A stretch of 62,285 nt of DNA, filler included, from Aduncisulcus paluster (Eukaryota), in NCBI GenBank assembly GCA_024181965.1. It is 5 parts of 5 records of this genome, joined end to end, with 100 filler letters (N's around TTAATTAATTAA, not from the genome) between each part and the next. Parts side by side here need not be neighbours in the genome. Positions count along the whole stretch, not along the records: positions 1 to 29,705 come from BQXS01012750.1; positions 29,806 to 46,790 come from BQXS01012754.1; 3 more parts are not named here. The stretch is one strand, 5' to 3'. Under the pieces are notes generated by a model. It was not told the DNA's origin, did no database searches, and worked only from the letters and a program-made list of their open reading frames with translations. Shown in pieces: positions 24,856 to 36,665 of this stretch. A program made the translations under genes and the position numbers. Position 1 is the stretch's first letter, and every line of letters starts with the position of its first letter.

Positions 24856-25266
24856 TTTTTTTTTAGACCTATTTATCACCCTTTTTTTCGATTTCAAATG
24901 CATTTTTTACCTTTTTGATTCCATTTCTTATGAGTGAGTAAAATTAAACCAATTATCTTAATTTTCGATGTATTATACTGTTCCTTTAAAATATTTGGAG
25001 ATACACATGATATATGATGTTTTTAACAGAAAAACAAAAACATTTCATTTTGAGCCCAATGCCAGCAGAAAAATCCCAAACAGATAACTCTGCCAAGAAA
25101 TATATTAGCAGTTCTCAACAATCTGTATGTTTTTTTAAATTTATTATTGTGTTTAACCCCTGCCTTCACATTTTTCATATAAAACCTAACATGATGGAAA
25201 ACCATAAATTTTTAGCACTCAAAACATATTAAAAATCCAAAATTTTCTCATACCATTGATGGAGCC

Positions 25267-27680
25267 ATGATAAAATCTGAGTCTACTCCTTCTATTGGAT
25301 TTTCTCTCACAGCTCATGATTCAAGGAGTTTAAGAGAATCTGGATCGACTCATAGAGATAAACGATCAATATCAATGGATTTTGGATCAAAACTAATGTT
25401 AGACGATCTTAGAACGCCTCCCTATCCATCTGATTACGATTCTCGCTCAAAAATTCAGAATGATCAATCTTTAGATCGTAGATTAAGTGAAATTCAACGT
25501 AAATTATCCAACTCTTCATTTGTATTTTCTCAACGTCATATTAAAGCGAGTTCTCCTTCCCCACCTCCAAAACAACCCCTCGATGAAACTCTTATGCCCA
25601 TTGTCTTGTCTTCATGTTCCGTACTGCCCAATGTTAATGAGGTAGATGACGGTGAATTGATTGAATTGGAACTTGAAAGGAAGGATCGAGAGATGAGTCG
25701 TGCTGAGAAAAAACACGAGGAAGAAATGAAACAGATTGCCATGAAAAAGCATCAAATCGCCATGGAAAAGAAGAGACTCAAGAATTTACATGTGAATCCA
25801 TATAAATCTATCATCCAATCCAGTTTTACTGCTTCACAGCGATTAATATCAATGCCATCTTTTTCTTCTCTCTCTACTCTCTCTACTGATGCAATAGATC
25901 CTATCCAACCTTCTCAAGCAGCTCAACTTTCTCAAAAATATTCTTCTACCTCAACTAAAAAAGCTACTAAGACCCGAAGGCCTGGCTCTGATTATCGTGC
26001 ACCTTTGAAAACCTTTCTTCCTGCCCCCCAAGAACAACAAAGTTCCTTATCTCCTCTTCAAGCGAAGAAAGGGAGGAGCATCCAACAATTTAAACAACAA
26101 TCAGTTCCTCCTCTTCCTTCTCAACCTGCCCCCCAGCTAAAACAACCCTCTTTCCCAATGTTATCTCCTTTTGACTCCTATAAGATTATGAATGACATCA
26201 CAATGGAAGTTATGGCTGAAGAAGAGGAGAGGAAGAAGAGGAAGAAGGAAGAAGAATTACAAAGAACAACCAACTCTCAGAATATAGATTATTATACTCT
26301 TATTAATGAATCTGAAGAATACTCTTCAGTCTCAGTCTCGGTCGACGATGAAACNNNNNNNNNNNNNNNNNNNNAAAACAACCCTCTTTCCCAATGTTAT
26401 CTCCTTTTGACTCCTATAAGATTATGAATGACATCACAATGGAAGTTATGGCTGAAGAAGAGGAGAGGAAGAAGAGGAAGAAGGAAGAAGAATTACAAAG
26501 AACAACCAACTCTCAGAATATAGATTATTATACTCTTATTAATGAATCTGAAGAATACTCTTCAGTCTCAGTCTCGGTCGACGATGAAACTAAGGGAGGA
26601 TTTGCAGAAGAGGAAGAAGAGGAAGAAGAGGAAGGATCATATCTTGACGATATGTTAGCTGAGAGCTTCAAGCAAGCTGATATATTAACTGAGCGTTTGA
26701 GGAAATTATGTTGTGATGAAGAGATAAAAGTTGAAGAGGAAAGAAGAAGAGTTGGCCGACAGAGAACTTACATAAAGTTTGATGCACCACCGTCAGCAAT
26801 CAAACAGAAGGTATATAAATCAATAGGAAAAGTTAAGAAGAGGGTTAGAAGAAAGAAGGAACAAGACAAGCAGAAACAAGACAAGAGGAAACAAGCCATT
26901 ATTGCAGTTCCAAGTAGTGAAGCTGTCTCCCCTCACTCTTATTCTGAGTCAGGACATGGACATTCCAGTTCTTTCTCAACAACAACTCATGATTCTCAAG
27001 ATTCTATAAATAGAAACAAATCTATTGTTAAAACTAAAAATAGATCAGCATCATTCACTGATGATTTACTTGAAGAAGAATATGAGTATGGATATGAATA
27101 CGAATATGAGAAAGATGAGAATGAAACCATTCCCAAAATAGATGTGACCAGTGCACTCCAATCCCTTGACACAAATCCATTTGCTGTTAATAGCAAACAG
27201 TCACTTCCAAAGCCCAAGGAAGACTGGGACATTTTACATGAGCTTACCTTTAAAGATATGGCTCATACATTATCACAAAAAGCAAAGGAGTTGGAGGATA
27301 GACTGTCTCTCACGGCCAAAACCGAAGAAGAAAATGAAGAGATGGCTCAAGAAAACACAATTATTTCCACTACAAATAAGGTTTTAATGGATCTAGAGGC
27401 TGCCAGTGATGTTCATCGGGTGGAAGTTACACGATTCAAGACATTTCAGGATGTTTCCATGAAAAGAAAGAGAGAAGAGGATGTCAAAAGTGACACTGAT
27501 CTTGGAACTGATCTTGGAACTGATCTTGGAACTGATCTTGGAACTGATCTTGGAACTGATCTTGGAACTGAATTTGAGGATAGAAGTATGGGAATGGGCG
27601 AGTCAAGAAAAGTCAAAGCAAACGATACATGTGTGAGTACGACCATTCATCATGGAAAACGAGAAGAGAGGAAAGAAGAA

Positions 27681-27716
<36 letters not shown>

Positions 27717-28470
27717 CTTAAATTAGAAAAATCAAAATCAGAATCGGAGTCTGAGTCTGTTTTGAGAGAAGAAGAGCACGAAGAACCTCCAAAGATAAAA
27801 GATTCAAGACATCATGATCCAGTAGCATCTATTTATAGTTCCCTTGAGAAAGTGCCTGAAAAGAAGAAAGCTAGCGAAGAAGAAGAAAGATGAAGAAGAT
27901 GAAGAATTGATTAATCCTTCATCAAACCCCAAGAAAGATGATGAAGATGTTATTATTGAGACAGTGTCCAAACAGGACCTCGATTGGGCTTATGTTCCTG
28001 ATCTTCAATCAACATTGGTAAAGGAAAGTGTTGTCGTCAAGAAACAAACTAAAACGGGACAACGAGATGATTCTTCTCATAAAGAAGAAGTTGGTGTTTC
28101 TCAAGGTCCTAAAAATAGTGTTAATAATAATAATTCTGATGAATATGATGATTCCGAGGATGAATCATCATCATCTGACGAAACTGATGAATTAGAACTT
28201 GGAGGAGATGCTAAATTTGGAAAATCAGTGGATGAACTAATTTTAGAAACTGAGAAAGAAGAAGAAGAAAAAGCTTCTGATGAAGCTAAACCAGACAGTA
28301 GAAACCGGGTCATTTTTAAAGATGATTCCTCTTCTGAAGACTCTCATGAAGGTCACAACGCTGAAACAATTTTACTTCCAACCACTCCACCACCTGATGT
28401 TTCTCAAAAATCTAAAAATGGAAATATTAAGAAGAAGAGGCCTTGGTTCGCTTGTTTCTCGAGAAAATAG
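25267..28470 (+). CDS. Hypothetical acidic low-complexity protein; probably one gene broken by a gap duplication (26355-26374) and a 1-nt frameshift near 27888
   Basis: ORFs 25267..26427, 26394..27893 and 27844..28470. Post-gap 26375-~26590 repeats ~26139-26354. The EEEE/DEEDEELIN continuity crosses a GAA-run frameshift. Confidence 0.6.
27495..27571 (+). repeat. 12-bp tandem repeat ACTGATCTTGGA x6 (encodes TDLG)
   Basis: Six perfect copies read directly from the sequence. Confidence 0.95.
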
Positions 28471-29113
28471 TGAAATTGATTTCGAATTTTATTGTATCAT
28501 TTTTTTTTTTTTTTTGCTTCCAAAGCAAAAATATTGATTAATCTCTCATATTTTCCTTAAAATTTTCATTATTTTTCTCGTTTTATCTATTGTTTATCAC
28601 CTTTTTGCCTTCATTTTCTTGTGATCGATCAATTTTTATTATTATTTGAAAAATGGTCACATGAGCTAATTCGAAGCTTTGTTCTTGGTGTTGATTACGC
28701 CTTCATCAAACTTTTTTTTTAATCATCTTATTATTTTCACATATTTTCTTAAATGGTGGACATTAACAAATATTTATTTATTTATTTGCACCCGTGTATT
28801 ATTCTAGAATTCTATTTTTTTTTTAGAATGCTTATCTTCTCAAAATGCTATATCTATCTATTTTTATACCAGAGCAGTGCGATTCACACCTTTCTTTATT
28901 TAGAAATCTAAATTTAGAATGAGAATATAAGAAAACAGCAGAACAGTGATATATAATCTAATGTATTATTCCCAATCGTATTCATTGTCGGAAGGAAGAA
29001 TGAAGTTCAATACAAATCTGATTTTTTGATAATGTCATTTTATCAAATGACAAATTGATTGGTTGTTGATTCCTATTTAGTAAAATGAGAAACTCTCCTA
29101 AAATAAAACAAAT

Positions 29114-29705
29114 TCATTTGTGTTCTTCCATAAATTTGAAGAATTGTTTTGAGCTTGTGTGATTTTTGATGGATTCTCCTCCTTCTCCAATCACCTTACT
29201 CCTCAGTTTCTTGGCCCTATTTTTAGATTTGAGGAGTTTCTCAGTATGTCTATCTTTGGATTCTCTCTTCCCCTTTTCCTTATTCCTCCTCCTCCTCTTC
29301 GCCCGATCTTCAGATGTCATTTCTTCCTTCGAAAGATGCCCTCTTCCGACACTTCTTGGAGTATCTTTTCCAGCACTCACATCCCTCTTCTTCTCTTCCT
29401 CATTTTGTTTATCGATCACGCGCAGAGATAACTCACTTCCGCCGCCGCCAACCGAATGTGAGGACGGCATTAACATGTCAAGTGCAGCACTCAGATCACG
29501 CCAGAGTTTCTGAGCTTGGCGACGATTCTCGATCAACGAATCACTCTCAACAAGTTCATTACCAGCCTTCTCAGCAAATTTGCTCTCGTATTCGGCCGTA
29601 AGACTCTGACGTGCAGCAGTTGAAGCCTGAGCAGCTGCAATCTCTTCTCGTTCGCTCTGATCATCAAGCAATTGCTTATGGAAGGAACTGGCACGTTGAG
29701 GATCG
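29114..29705 (-). CDS. MPP10: U3 snoRNP protein MPP10, C-terminal part (5' end truncated by contig end)
   Basis: QSLTAEYESKF, LSAALDML, EEMTSEDRAKRRRRNKEK and SSKQFFKFMEE resemble the Mpp10 C-terminal motifs. Confidence 0.7.
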
Positions 29706-29805
29706 NNNNNNNNNNNNNNNNNNNNNNNNNNNNNNNNNNNNNNNNNNNNTTAATTAATTAANNNNNNNNNNNNNNNNNNNNNNNNNNNNNNNNNNNNNNN
29801 NNNNN
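29706..29805. other. Artificial contig spacer (N-run + TTAATTAATTAA + N-run)
   Basis: An identical linker with stops in all six frames recurs four times in the window. Confidence 0.97.
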
Positions 29806-30588
29806 CTGCAACCAGATCCAAGAAAAGATTTACACAGACAATTCGCAGTTAGATCTCCAAATGTTCGGGGATTGATTGTAAAAGGCTTTGAAGAGGATCA
29901 TTATTACCTCCCAATATTCATGAACAAACCAATTGTAAAAGATTTGGAGAGATGGCTAACAAGTGCAACTTCTGAATTTAAAAGAAGGAATGACAGCGAA
30001 AATTCAAGTAGCGAAGTATTAGATGAATGTAGTGAATAAATAAACATCAAACTCTGATAGTATCGAAATAATTTTACATATTCTGAAGTTATAAAGAGTT
30101 AATAACAACTTAACAAGAATTTCAACACATTAACTACTTTTTTTTGGACTTTTGTAACAAAAAACACTGTATTTCTCGTTTTTTCTAAAGAAGGTTCAAT
30201 CTGTTCAAATCTACTTCAAATTTGTCAATTTGAAAGGCAAATTCACTCTCTGAGATTTTGACTCGGGGGGGTTTATCTCTGAGATTTTGAGTTTGCCTGG
30301 ACGAATTTTATTTTTTTTTACCGTCAAATCGGGATCAATTTCTACATTTTGACTAATTTGGGACAAATGAGACACAGATGGTCAGACGAAGGCATTCCAC
30401 TGAGATCGAGCATCTCTCGTGAATGGACCGAGATAATAATATAAAAAAATCAAAATTAGGTAAAATTAAGATGAATTATTTTATGAAGAATTGCTAAATC
30501 ATTGATATCATTTGTTTCGAGGTTTTTTTTTCTTTTCGTTTTTTTTTTCTCTGTTTCAGTTAATATTACGGCATAGATAGACTCAAAA

Positions 30589-31287
30589 ATGGCTAAATTT
30601 GGCTGGGAAGAATGCAAAGAAGAAAAAATCCCCACTCATCCTTCAAAGCGCTTTGATAGAGAAGGAATGATTTCGAGGATAAAGAAAAAAATGGCCTATA
30701 CCCATTCAAGAGAGGTAATATCCAAATTATCTGATTCTACCACCATCAACATTGAAGGAGTTCATTTGACTTTGTACCAGGGAGATATTTGTGAGCTTGG
30801 TGTAGATGCCATTGTCAATGCAGCAAATACCTATTTGAGAGGTGGTGGTGGTGTCGATGGTTTTATTCATCGTGCTGCAGGAGAAGAAAAATTAGTATCT
30901 CAAATGGAAAAACAATATCCAAAAGGATGCTCTTATGGAGAGTGCTGTATGTCAGAGTCATTCAAACTCCCATGTGCTGCTATTTTCCACACAGTAGGAC
31001 CACAAGAATGTATGAATGATCCTTTACTTGCTTCATGTTATACATCCTGCCTTGATGAGCTCCAAGGGCTTAAGATGAGATCAATAGCATTTCCGGCAAT
31101 CTCTTGTGGTGTTTTTGCTTATTCTGAAGATATAAAACGTGCTTGCAAGGTTGCTGTTGACTGTACCATTGAATGGATCAAGCAAAAACAAGTTAAATCT
31201 GGTACAACTTTGAAAAATGTTGTTTTCGTATGTTTCTCAGATGATATGTATTCGACATACAAAAGCTATTTCAGGAAATTAAAATGA
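30589..31287 (+). CDS. MacroD-type macrodomain protein (ADP-ribose/O-acetyl-ADP-ribose hydrolase)
   Basis: QGDI..VDAIVNAAN..LRGGGGVDGFIHRAAG, HTVGP and SIAFPAISCGVFAY. Confidence 0.92.
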   Translation: MAKFGWEECKEEKIPTHPSKRFDREGMISRIKKKMAYTHSREVISKLSDSTTINIEGVHLTLYQGDICELGVDAIVNAANTYLRGGGGVDGFIHRAAGEEKLVSQMEKQYPKGCSYGECCMSESFKLPCAAIFHTVGPQECMNDPLLASCYTSCLDELQGLKMRSIAFPAISCGVFAYSEDIKRACKVAVDCTIEWIKQKQVKSGTTLKNVVFVCFSDDMYSTYKSYFRKLK

Positions 31288-31637
31288 ACAAATGAGTATT
31301 AATTTAACATTTTATTCAATGACAACATTGAATCAATGTTAAAATTGAAATTCAGTTGATATTTAGGAAAATTCAACAGAAATTTGGAGAATAAATGTAA
31401 AATTTCAACCAAAAAAAAAAGAATGTTATCAAGTAAATTTAAAAATATAAAAAAAATATGTTGAAAATTGGAAGAAAATGACAACAAACGAGAAAGTGTG
31501 AATTTTCAATCCGCAAAAATTCACGTTAAATCTTTGGTTACAACCCCAAAAATAGAAATAATATCATTGAAGAAGACAAAGACGAAATGATAACATAAAT
31601 AAAACAACATTATAGCAATATAGATCATACAAATAAC

Positions 31638-31678
<41 letters not shown>

Positions 31679-31725
31679 AATAATAGATCGCATCAATCGA
31701 TATACTATACTATACTATACTATAC
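31638..31725 (+). repeat. (AAT)n microsatellite followed by a short (TATAC)n run just downstream of the VPS9 gene stop
   Basis: About 13 AAT units, then ATACTATACTATAC.., the reverse complement of the AGTAT satellite unit. Confidence 0.85.
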
Positions 31726-31729
31726 CATC

Positions 31730-34312
31730 TCAAGCTTCCTTCTCTTCTTCATCATTAGCCAGGGAGATAACACTCAGTACAATGGACATAAAATTTGCTA
31801 AATTGTACCCCATTTCCTTCTCCATTTCTTTTTTATCCATAGAGCAGAAAAGGATGTGAATCAAACTAATTATTCCGATTGAACGAGTTCGTTTGCCAAT
31901 TCTTGTCATGTTGACACCGTTCTCAGCGTCTTCTGAAATGGCCCACCCGGATATCTTACACATTGCCACACTCAAGACATACACAAGAATGGGCATCAGA
32001 TCGTCAGCAGCAAAGACAAAAGGTTTTCCTTTCCTTCTCTTTTCCCTCCCCCTTTTGCCCTCTTTCGCCTCAGATAAGATGATAGAAGAGAGAGAAGACA
32101 GACTTTGGACCACAAAGGAAGGACAAGGGAAAGGATTAGATGAGAGGATGGAATATAGGAAGGCAATGGATGAAGAAAAGGGCGTTTTGCACACTTTGAG
32201 TGTCAATCCATCAGAATAACTAAGGATGGGGGCCTGAACCTTCTCTTCACCACCACCTATATTCTCCTCCTCCACAGTGGTGCCAGAATTAGCTACACTG
32301 GTGCCAGTTATTCCAATGATACCGCTCACATCACCAGACTCTCCTTCAATGATATCCTTCTCTTCAACTAAATGGGGAGGAATAATACCAGAATCAACAA
32401 TCTCACCAGAATAATCATCGTCATCCCCTTCTTCCTCTTCAATATCTTCGTGTTCTTCTTCAATAACAATATTATCTTTTGCAAGATCATCTATTTTTAG
32501 ATTTTGAGAATCTTCAACCCCTTTCAATGGATCATCCATCCCGTAGGACACAGCATCGAGTTCATCATTCTCGACAGCATCTTGTTGATCACCAGAATCA
32601 ATATATACATAAGACCCACCCTGGGCGGTATCAATTGTCGATTTCTGTGCACGGCATTCGATATCAACAACACTCTCAAGTGGGAGAAGATCTGGACAGA
32701 TGCCACATGCACTCCATCCCTTCCTAGCGACTCTCTCACACATTGAAATGAAGGACTCATCCCTTTTCTCAAGCCTATCCTCAGTCCACGCAAGTACATC
32801 ACTCCCACACATCTCCCACAGAGCCTGCTCTATACCTTTCCATAAAACGCGACTGAGAGGGATCACTGAGAGAGTTACAGATCTATTTTTAGAACCACCC
32901 AACGATGAGCCTGAAGAAGAGGAAGAGGAAGAGGAAGAGGAAGAGGAAGAGGCTGCAGTAGAGAGATTACAGGGAGTGGTCAATGATTGGAGAGAATGGG
33001 AGGATTCGAGCGATAGAGGAAGAGAAGAGAGCTCAGAGGAACTATCGGATGCTCCAGAAAGATCAATGCCGTCTCTCTCTTCTTGTTCTTCCCTTTCCTC
33101 CCTTTCTTTCATCCTCTCTTCTTCTTTCTTCCGCAAACGATCCAGCTCAGCCTCTCTTTCTTTCTCAAGTTCTATTTCTGTCATCTCATCAAATATCCTT
33201 ATTTTCTTCAATCTTGTCATCCAGAGATCATCACGTGTGAGGTGAACCCGGATAGAACTCATAAACGATGAAAAATGCTTTGAGAGAGCACCAAGAACAA
33301 GAGGTTCGAAGGGGAAACCATACAAAACTTCATCCTCAAGTTGGATTGTCAAATGTTTCTTGCGAATAGTATCCGCAGTTCCTGAGAGTTTTTGAATCAG
33401 ACCTTTTCCATGTTTGGCAATGGTATAGCCTATCTTGTTGCTAGTTGACTTTGTGCGTGTCAAAACAAATCGAACCATTCTTTGTTCCTCATTCTGCCCA
33501 GTTACCTCCCGCAGACGTTCCAAGCGACTCAAGATGCTCTCCTCCTTCGACAACACAGATTGAGTCTCAAGCCGAGAGTTCAGAAGAAGAGAGAAGAAGG
33601 GATCATCCTCAACGGAGGGGGACGATGACTGTGGCTCAAAGGGATCCCGTTGAAGAGAGGAAGATGCAAGGGGATGACTAGGAGTGGATGATCCAAGGAG
33701 GAGATCTGAAATGACCAATTCTTTCTTCTCATCCGATTCAAGTTGTGTCGAGCCCAAAAGACTGGAAGATTTGTCATCAATATCAGTGAATTTTAAATCA
33801 CTGCCGCAATCATCTTCATAATACGGACAGAGACCAACAATGGAGGAATAGAATGAAACGGAGTCAGATTGGGACGAAGCAGAGATTATTGGCGAAGAAG
33901 ATCCTTGAGGAATAGCAGACTTAACCTTGGAGACTCTTTCTTCAACTTCTTTCGCGATGGATACTGCATCAGAAGAAATATATATGTAGGGATGATCCCT
34001 TTTATAATGAATGATGAGGCGAAGAGGATCAGCTTTTATCTCCACCTTTTCGACGTCTGTATATGAGTGATTCTTTGTAACCACTCCATTATGTTTTACG
34101 TTTTGAATAACATCTCTGGGAATCATATGGAGAAATTCGGACAGAAATATATGGTAAGAAGACAAAAGTACCGAGTAATCAAAGAATATAGTAAAAAACA
34201 CATACGAAACCAATCTTAATACACGTGGTTGTATTTTACCACGCATATTTTGTTTCCGAACGGAAAATTGCTTAACTTCTGGAGAAGCAAAACACGAAGG
34301 AGTTCCAGGCAT
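31730..34312 (-). CDS. VPS9-domain protein (Rab5-type GEF) with an N-terminal PH-like segment; one 90-nt intron at 34116-34205
   Basis: FVFAADDLMPILVYVL..EMGYNLANF are VPS9 motifs. The T-rich intron runs GTATGT..CCCAG, and splicing gives RVLRLVS-DVIQNV. Confidence 0.78.
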   Translation of the reverse strand: MPGTPSCFASPEVKQFSVRKQNMRGKIQPRVLRLVSYVFFTIFFDYSVLLSSYHIFLSEFLHMIPRDVIQNVKHNGVVTKNHSYTDVEKVEIKADPLRLIIHYKRDHPYIYISSDAVSIAKEVEERVSKVKSAIPQGSSSPIISASSQSDSVSFYSSIVGLCPYYEDDCGSDLKFTDIDDKSSSLLGSTQLESDEKKELVISDLLLGSSTPSHPLASSSLQRDPFEPQSSSPSVEDDPFFSLLLNSRLETQSVLSKEESILSRLERLREVTGQNEEQRMVRFVLTRTKSTSNKIGYTIAKHGKGLIQKLSGTADTIRKKHLTIQLEDEVLYGFPFEPLVLGALSKHFSSFMSSIRVHLTRDDLWMTRLKKIRIFDEMTEIELEKEREAELDRLRKKEEERMKEREEREEQEERDGIDLSGASDSSSELSSLPLSLESSHSLQSLTTPCNLSTAASSSSSSSSSSSSSGSSLGGSKNRSVTLSVIPLSRVLWKGIEQALWEMCGSDVLAWTEDRLEKRDESFISMCERVARKGWSACGICPDLLPLESVVDIECRAQKSTIDTAQGGSYVYIDSGDQQDAVENDELDAVSYGMDDPLKGVEDSQNLKIDDLAKDNIVIEEEHEDIEEEEGDDDDYSGEIVDSGIIPPHLVEEKDIIEGESGDVSGIIGITGTSVANSGTTVEEENIGGGEEKVQAPILSYSDGLTLKVCKTPFSSSIAFLYSILSSNPFPCPSFVVQSLSSLSSIILSEAKEGKRGREKRRKGKPFVFAADDLMPILVYVLSVAMCKISGWAISEDAENGVNMTRIGKRTRSIGIISLIHILFCSMDKKEMEKEMGYNLANFMSIVLSVISLANDEEEKEA

Positions 34313-34617
34313 AAAATTAAGATTATTTTATCGATAAATTAATAAATATTATCAATATATGTCGAGAAAAATAGATAAACACCTTTTGCCCCTCGAAAAG
34401 AAATGAGGTGATTTTTTTAGGTTGTTTTTATTCTCTAATTTTCAGTTTACATCATAATTCTTTAAATTTTTTGGGAAATATTTGACCGTGAACTCTCAAG
34501 GCGAATGATGAAACTTCACACAAGATATTCATATCCGATTCGTATTTACCTTCAGATGTTACTTTGTCCCTTTTAAATTGAAAAAGAAATTATTATATAC
34601 TGTTATTTATTTCCTTC

Positions 34618-35220
34618 ATGAATAGATTATTAGCCCCTTCGCTTTGTTCTTATATATCTCCACGTCCAAAGATTCCTCACCATTTTTTACACGATATTTT
34701 TTTTGAAGGGATGATATTTGAAGGGAATCAAGATCTATGTGATGTTTCGCTCGAAATAATTTCTATAGATGATCGAAAAGAGATCATTCATGCTTTGTTT
34801 ACAATACAGAATTTTGCCAAGGAGGGCTTAGCTGTCCAAACTTGGGCCGAGGTTTCGATAATTGGAGCCGGCGCATCTTTAGTCACTCATGTATCCTCTC
34901 ATGACTATGAAATTGATAAAAGAAGCTGGATTAAATTCCAATTTCTCGCCGAAAAAATTGCATCTCACGATCTTAATCACGTTATTCTTGATCCTGAACA
35001 TGATGATAAAGTTTATATGAGATGTGTTGAGACTTCTCTATATCCTAAAGGCCAACCTGTTGTTCCTGGTCTCTGCTTTGATGGAATATATTATTTAGAA
35101 TACTGCAAAAAAACAAAAAAAATCACAGGATTTTATGCAAGAAAAAATTCTACCTCTTTTCCTCGAATATCTATGTCAAGCGAACCACATCCTTCGAGTT
35201 GTGTTTTCAAATATATGTAA
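34618..35220 (+). CDS. GID4: GID4/Vid24-like substrate receptor of the GID/CTLH E3 ligase (start uncertain)
   Basis: FEGNQ..DVSLEI, ID..SWIKF, VYMRCVE and GLCFDGIYYLEY.KKTKKITGFY align by eye to GID4 (F.G.Q, VDRKHWGKF, VFMRWKE, GASFAGFYY...IEGYY). Confidence 0.72.
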   Translation: MNRLLAPSLCSYISPRPKIPHHFLHDIFFEGMIFEGNQDLCDVSLEIISIDDRKEIIHALFTIQNFAKEGLAVQTWAEVSIIGAGASLVTHVSSHDYEIDKRSWIKFQFLAEKIASHDLNHVILDPEHDDKVYMRCVETSLYPKGQPVVPGLCFDGIYYLEYCKKTKKITGFYARKNSTSFPRISMSSEPHPSSCVFKYM

Positions 35221-35548
35221 TCGAACGTCATTCTCATGCGCATTTTATTATAATCGTTGTTTCCCTCATTTTTTATATTTATATGTTTAATTTTATTCTG
35301 TTGCCACGTCATTTTCAATGTTTTTCGGATCAAACAACCAACTCTCATTTTCTATCACACAATGATATTCTAATATCAAAAATATTTTCTAAACCCACTA
35401 TACAATACGCTTAAGGTTTTTGAATAAATGAGTTCACCATTTTGTGGATCATTATCTTACCGGTGACAATACCGGTTCCAGACGATAGCAGCTGAAAAAC
35501 ATTATTTTTGACCTCTATACTTTTATTTTAACAGATATTATCTCACTA

Positions 35549-36442
35549 ATGACAACAAATTCAAGTGTGATAACTTCAAAGCATATGTTTTTTGCGGAGA
35601 TTCTCCCTCTTATGTACTATGTTGGATTAGTGGCCTTCACTATGATAGTTTATCCGGGAAACAACCCAGATAGGAGTTATCTTTTCTGGACTCTATCTTT
35701 TTCTGCAGATGAAAAGTATCCAATCACTGTTGGAGCCTTTGGAGCTGGCTTAGCCGTTGTTTCTGTTGGAGTTGTAGTATATGGATTCTTGGCATTATTT
35801 CAAGCTCGTTCTTGTGAAAGAATTAAATCAAAAAAAATGTATTATTATTTACTTTCTGCCTTTATTATGAGTGGAGGAGGGGTTATTTGTGTTGCTATCT
35901 TTTTTGATGATCATGGAGGGTTCAGTTCGTATTTCCACATGACTTTTCTCTACATTTTTTTCGTTGGTGCCATATCAATTCTTGTATGGTTTACAGTTGA
36001 TGCAAAACATCAGTATTCATATGCCGTTAAGAATAATATAACGGATGTCGAACAGGTAATAATATCGAATGATTCTGATGACGAAGACTCAAAAACCGCC
36101 CATATAGCAGCGAAACCCAAATTTACCTCATTGAATATTCAATATGCTCGTCGTATGTATCGTTCTAGATTGACGATTGTTATTATTATTTTGAGTTGTG
36201 GATTTGCGGCCGTCTTTGGAGAAGGATTGAAAGCATTTGATGTAATTTCACATTCCGACTCTCTGTGTGTGACTGCTTTGGCGGAATATCTGGGAATGAA
36301 CCTTCTCATTGCCATGTTTGCAACTGCTCCGGCTGGTGTTTCATTTACACTCAGATTGAAATCTACGTCTTCAAAAACTCTGCTAAACAATTGTACTGTG
36401 TCAGAAATGAAAGAAGTTAAAACTCAAAATGTTCTCCACTAA
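35549..36442 (+). CDS. Multi-pass (~6 TM) membrane protein, possibly Frag1/DRAM/Sfk1-like
   Basis: Six hydrophobic segments, with FH...YIFF and ALAEY motifs. The family assignment is tentative. Confidence 0.6.
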   Translation: MTTNSSVITSKHMFFAEILPLMYYVGLVAFTMIVYPGNNPDRSYLFWTLSFSADEKYPITVGAFGAGLAVVSVGVVVYGFLALFQARSCERIKSKKMYYYLLSAFIMSGGGVICVAIFFDDHGGFSSYFHMTFLYIFFVGAISILVWFTVDAKHQYSYAVKNNITDVEQVIISNDSDDEDSKTAHIAAKPKFTSLNIQYARRMYRSRLTIVIIILSCGFAAVFGEGLKAFDVISHSDSLCVTALAEYLGMNLLIAMFATAPAGVSFTLRLKSTSSKTLLNNCTVSEMKEVKTQNVLH

Positions 36443-36665
36443 TTTTTTCTCTCCTTCATCTTCGTCACTTGATCTCATCCTCATATGAGTCTGGCCAATT
36501 CTATCTTGTTGATAATTTCTCAATTGAATTATTAAACGTTCTCAAATTTTACTCAAAATATTTTTCACCTTTGGCGTATGACATGAATTCAAATAAAATA
36601 ATATTTGTCTGGTTCTGACAGAATATAATCTCAAATATTTAAAGGTTTTTAATGAGAAATAAAAA

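Noticed and set aside
27495..27571. Short direct repeats as a possible CRISPR-like array
   Set aside because: No spacers; an in-frame coding minisatellite in a eukaryotic gene
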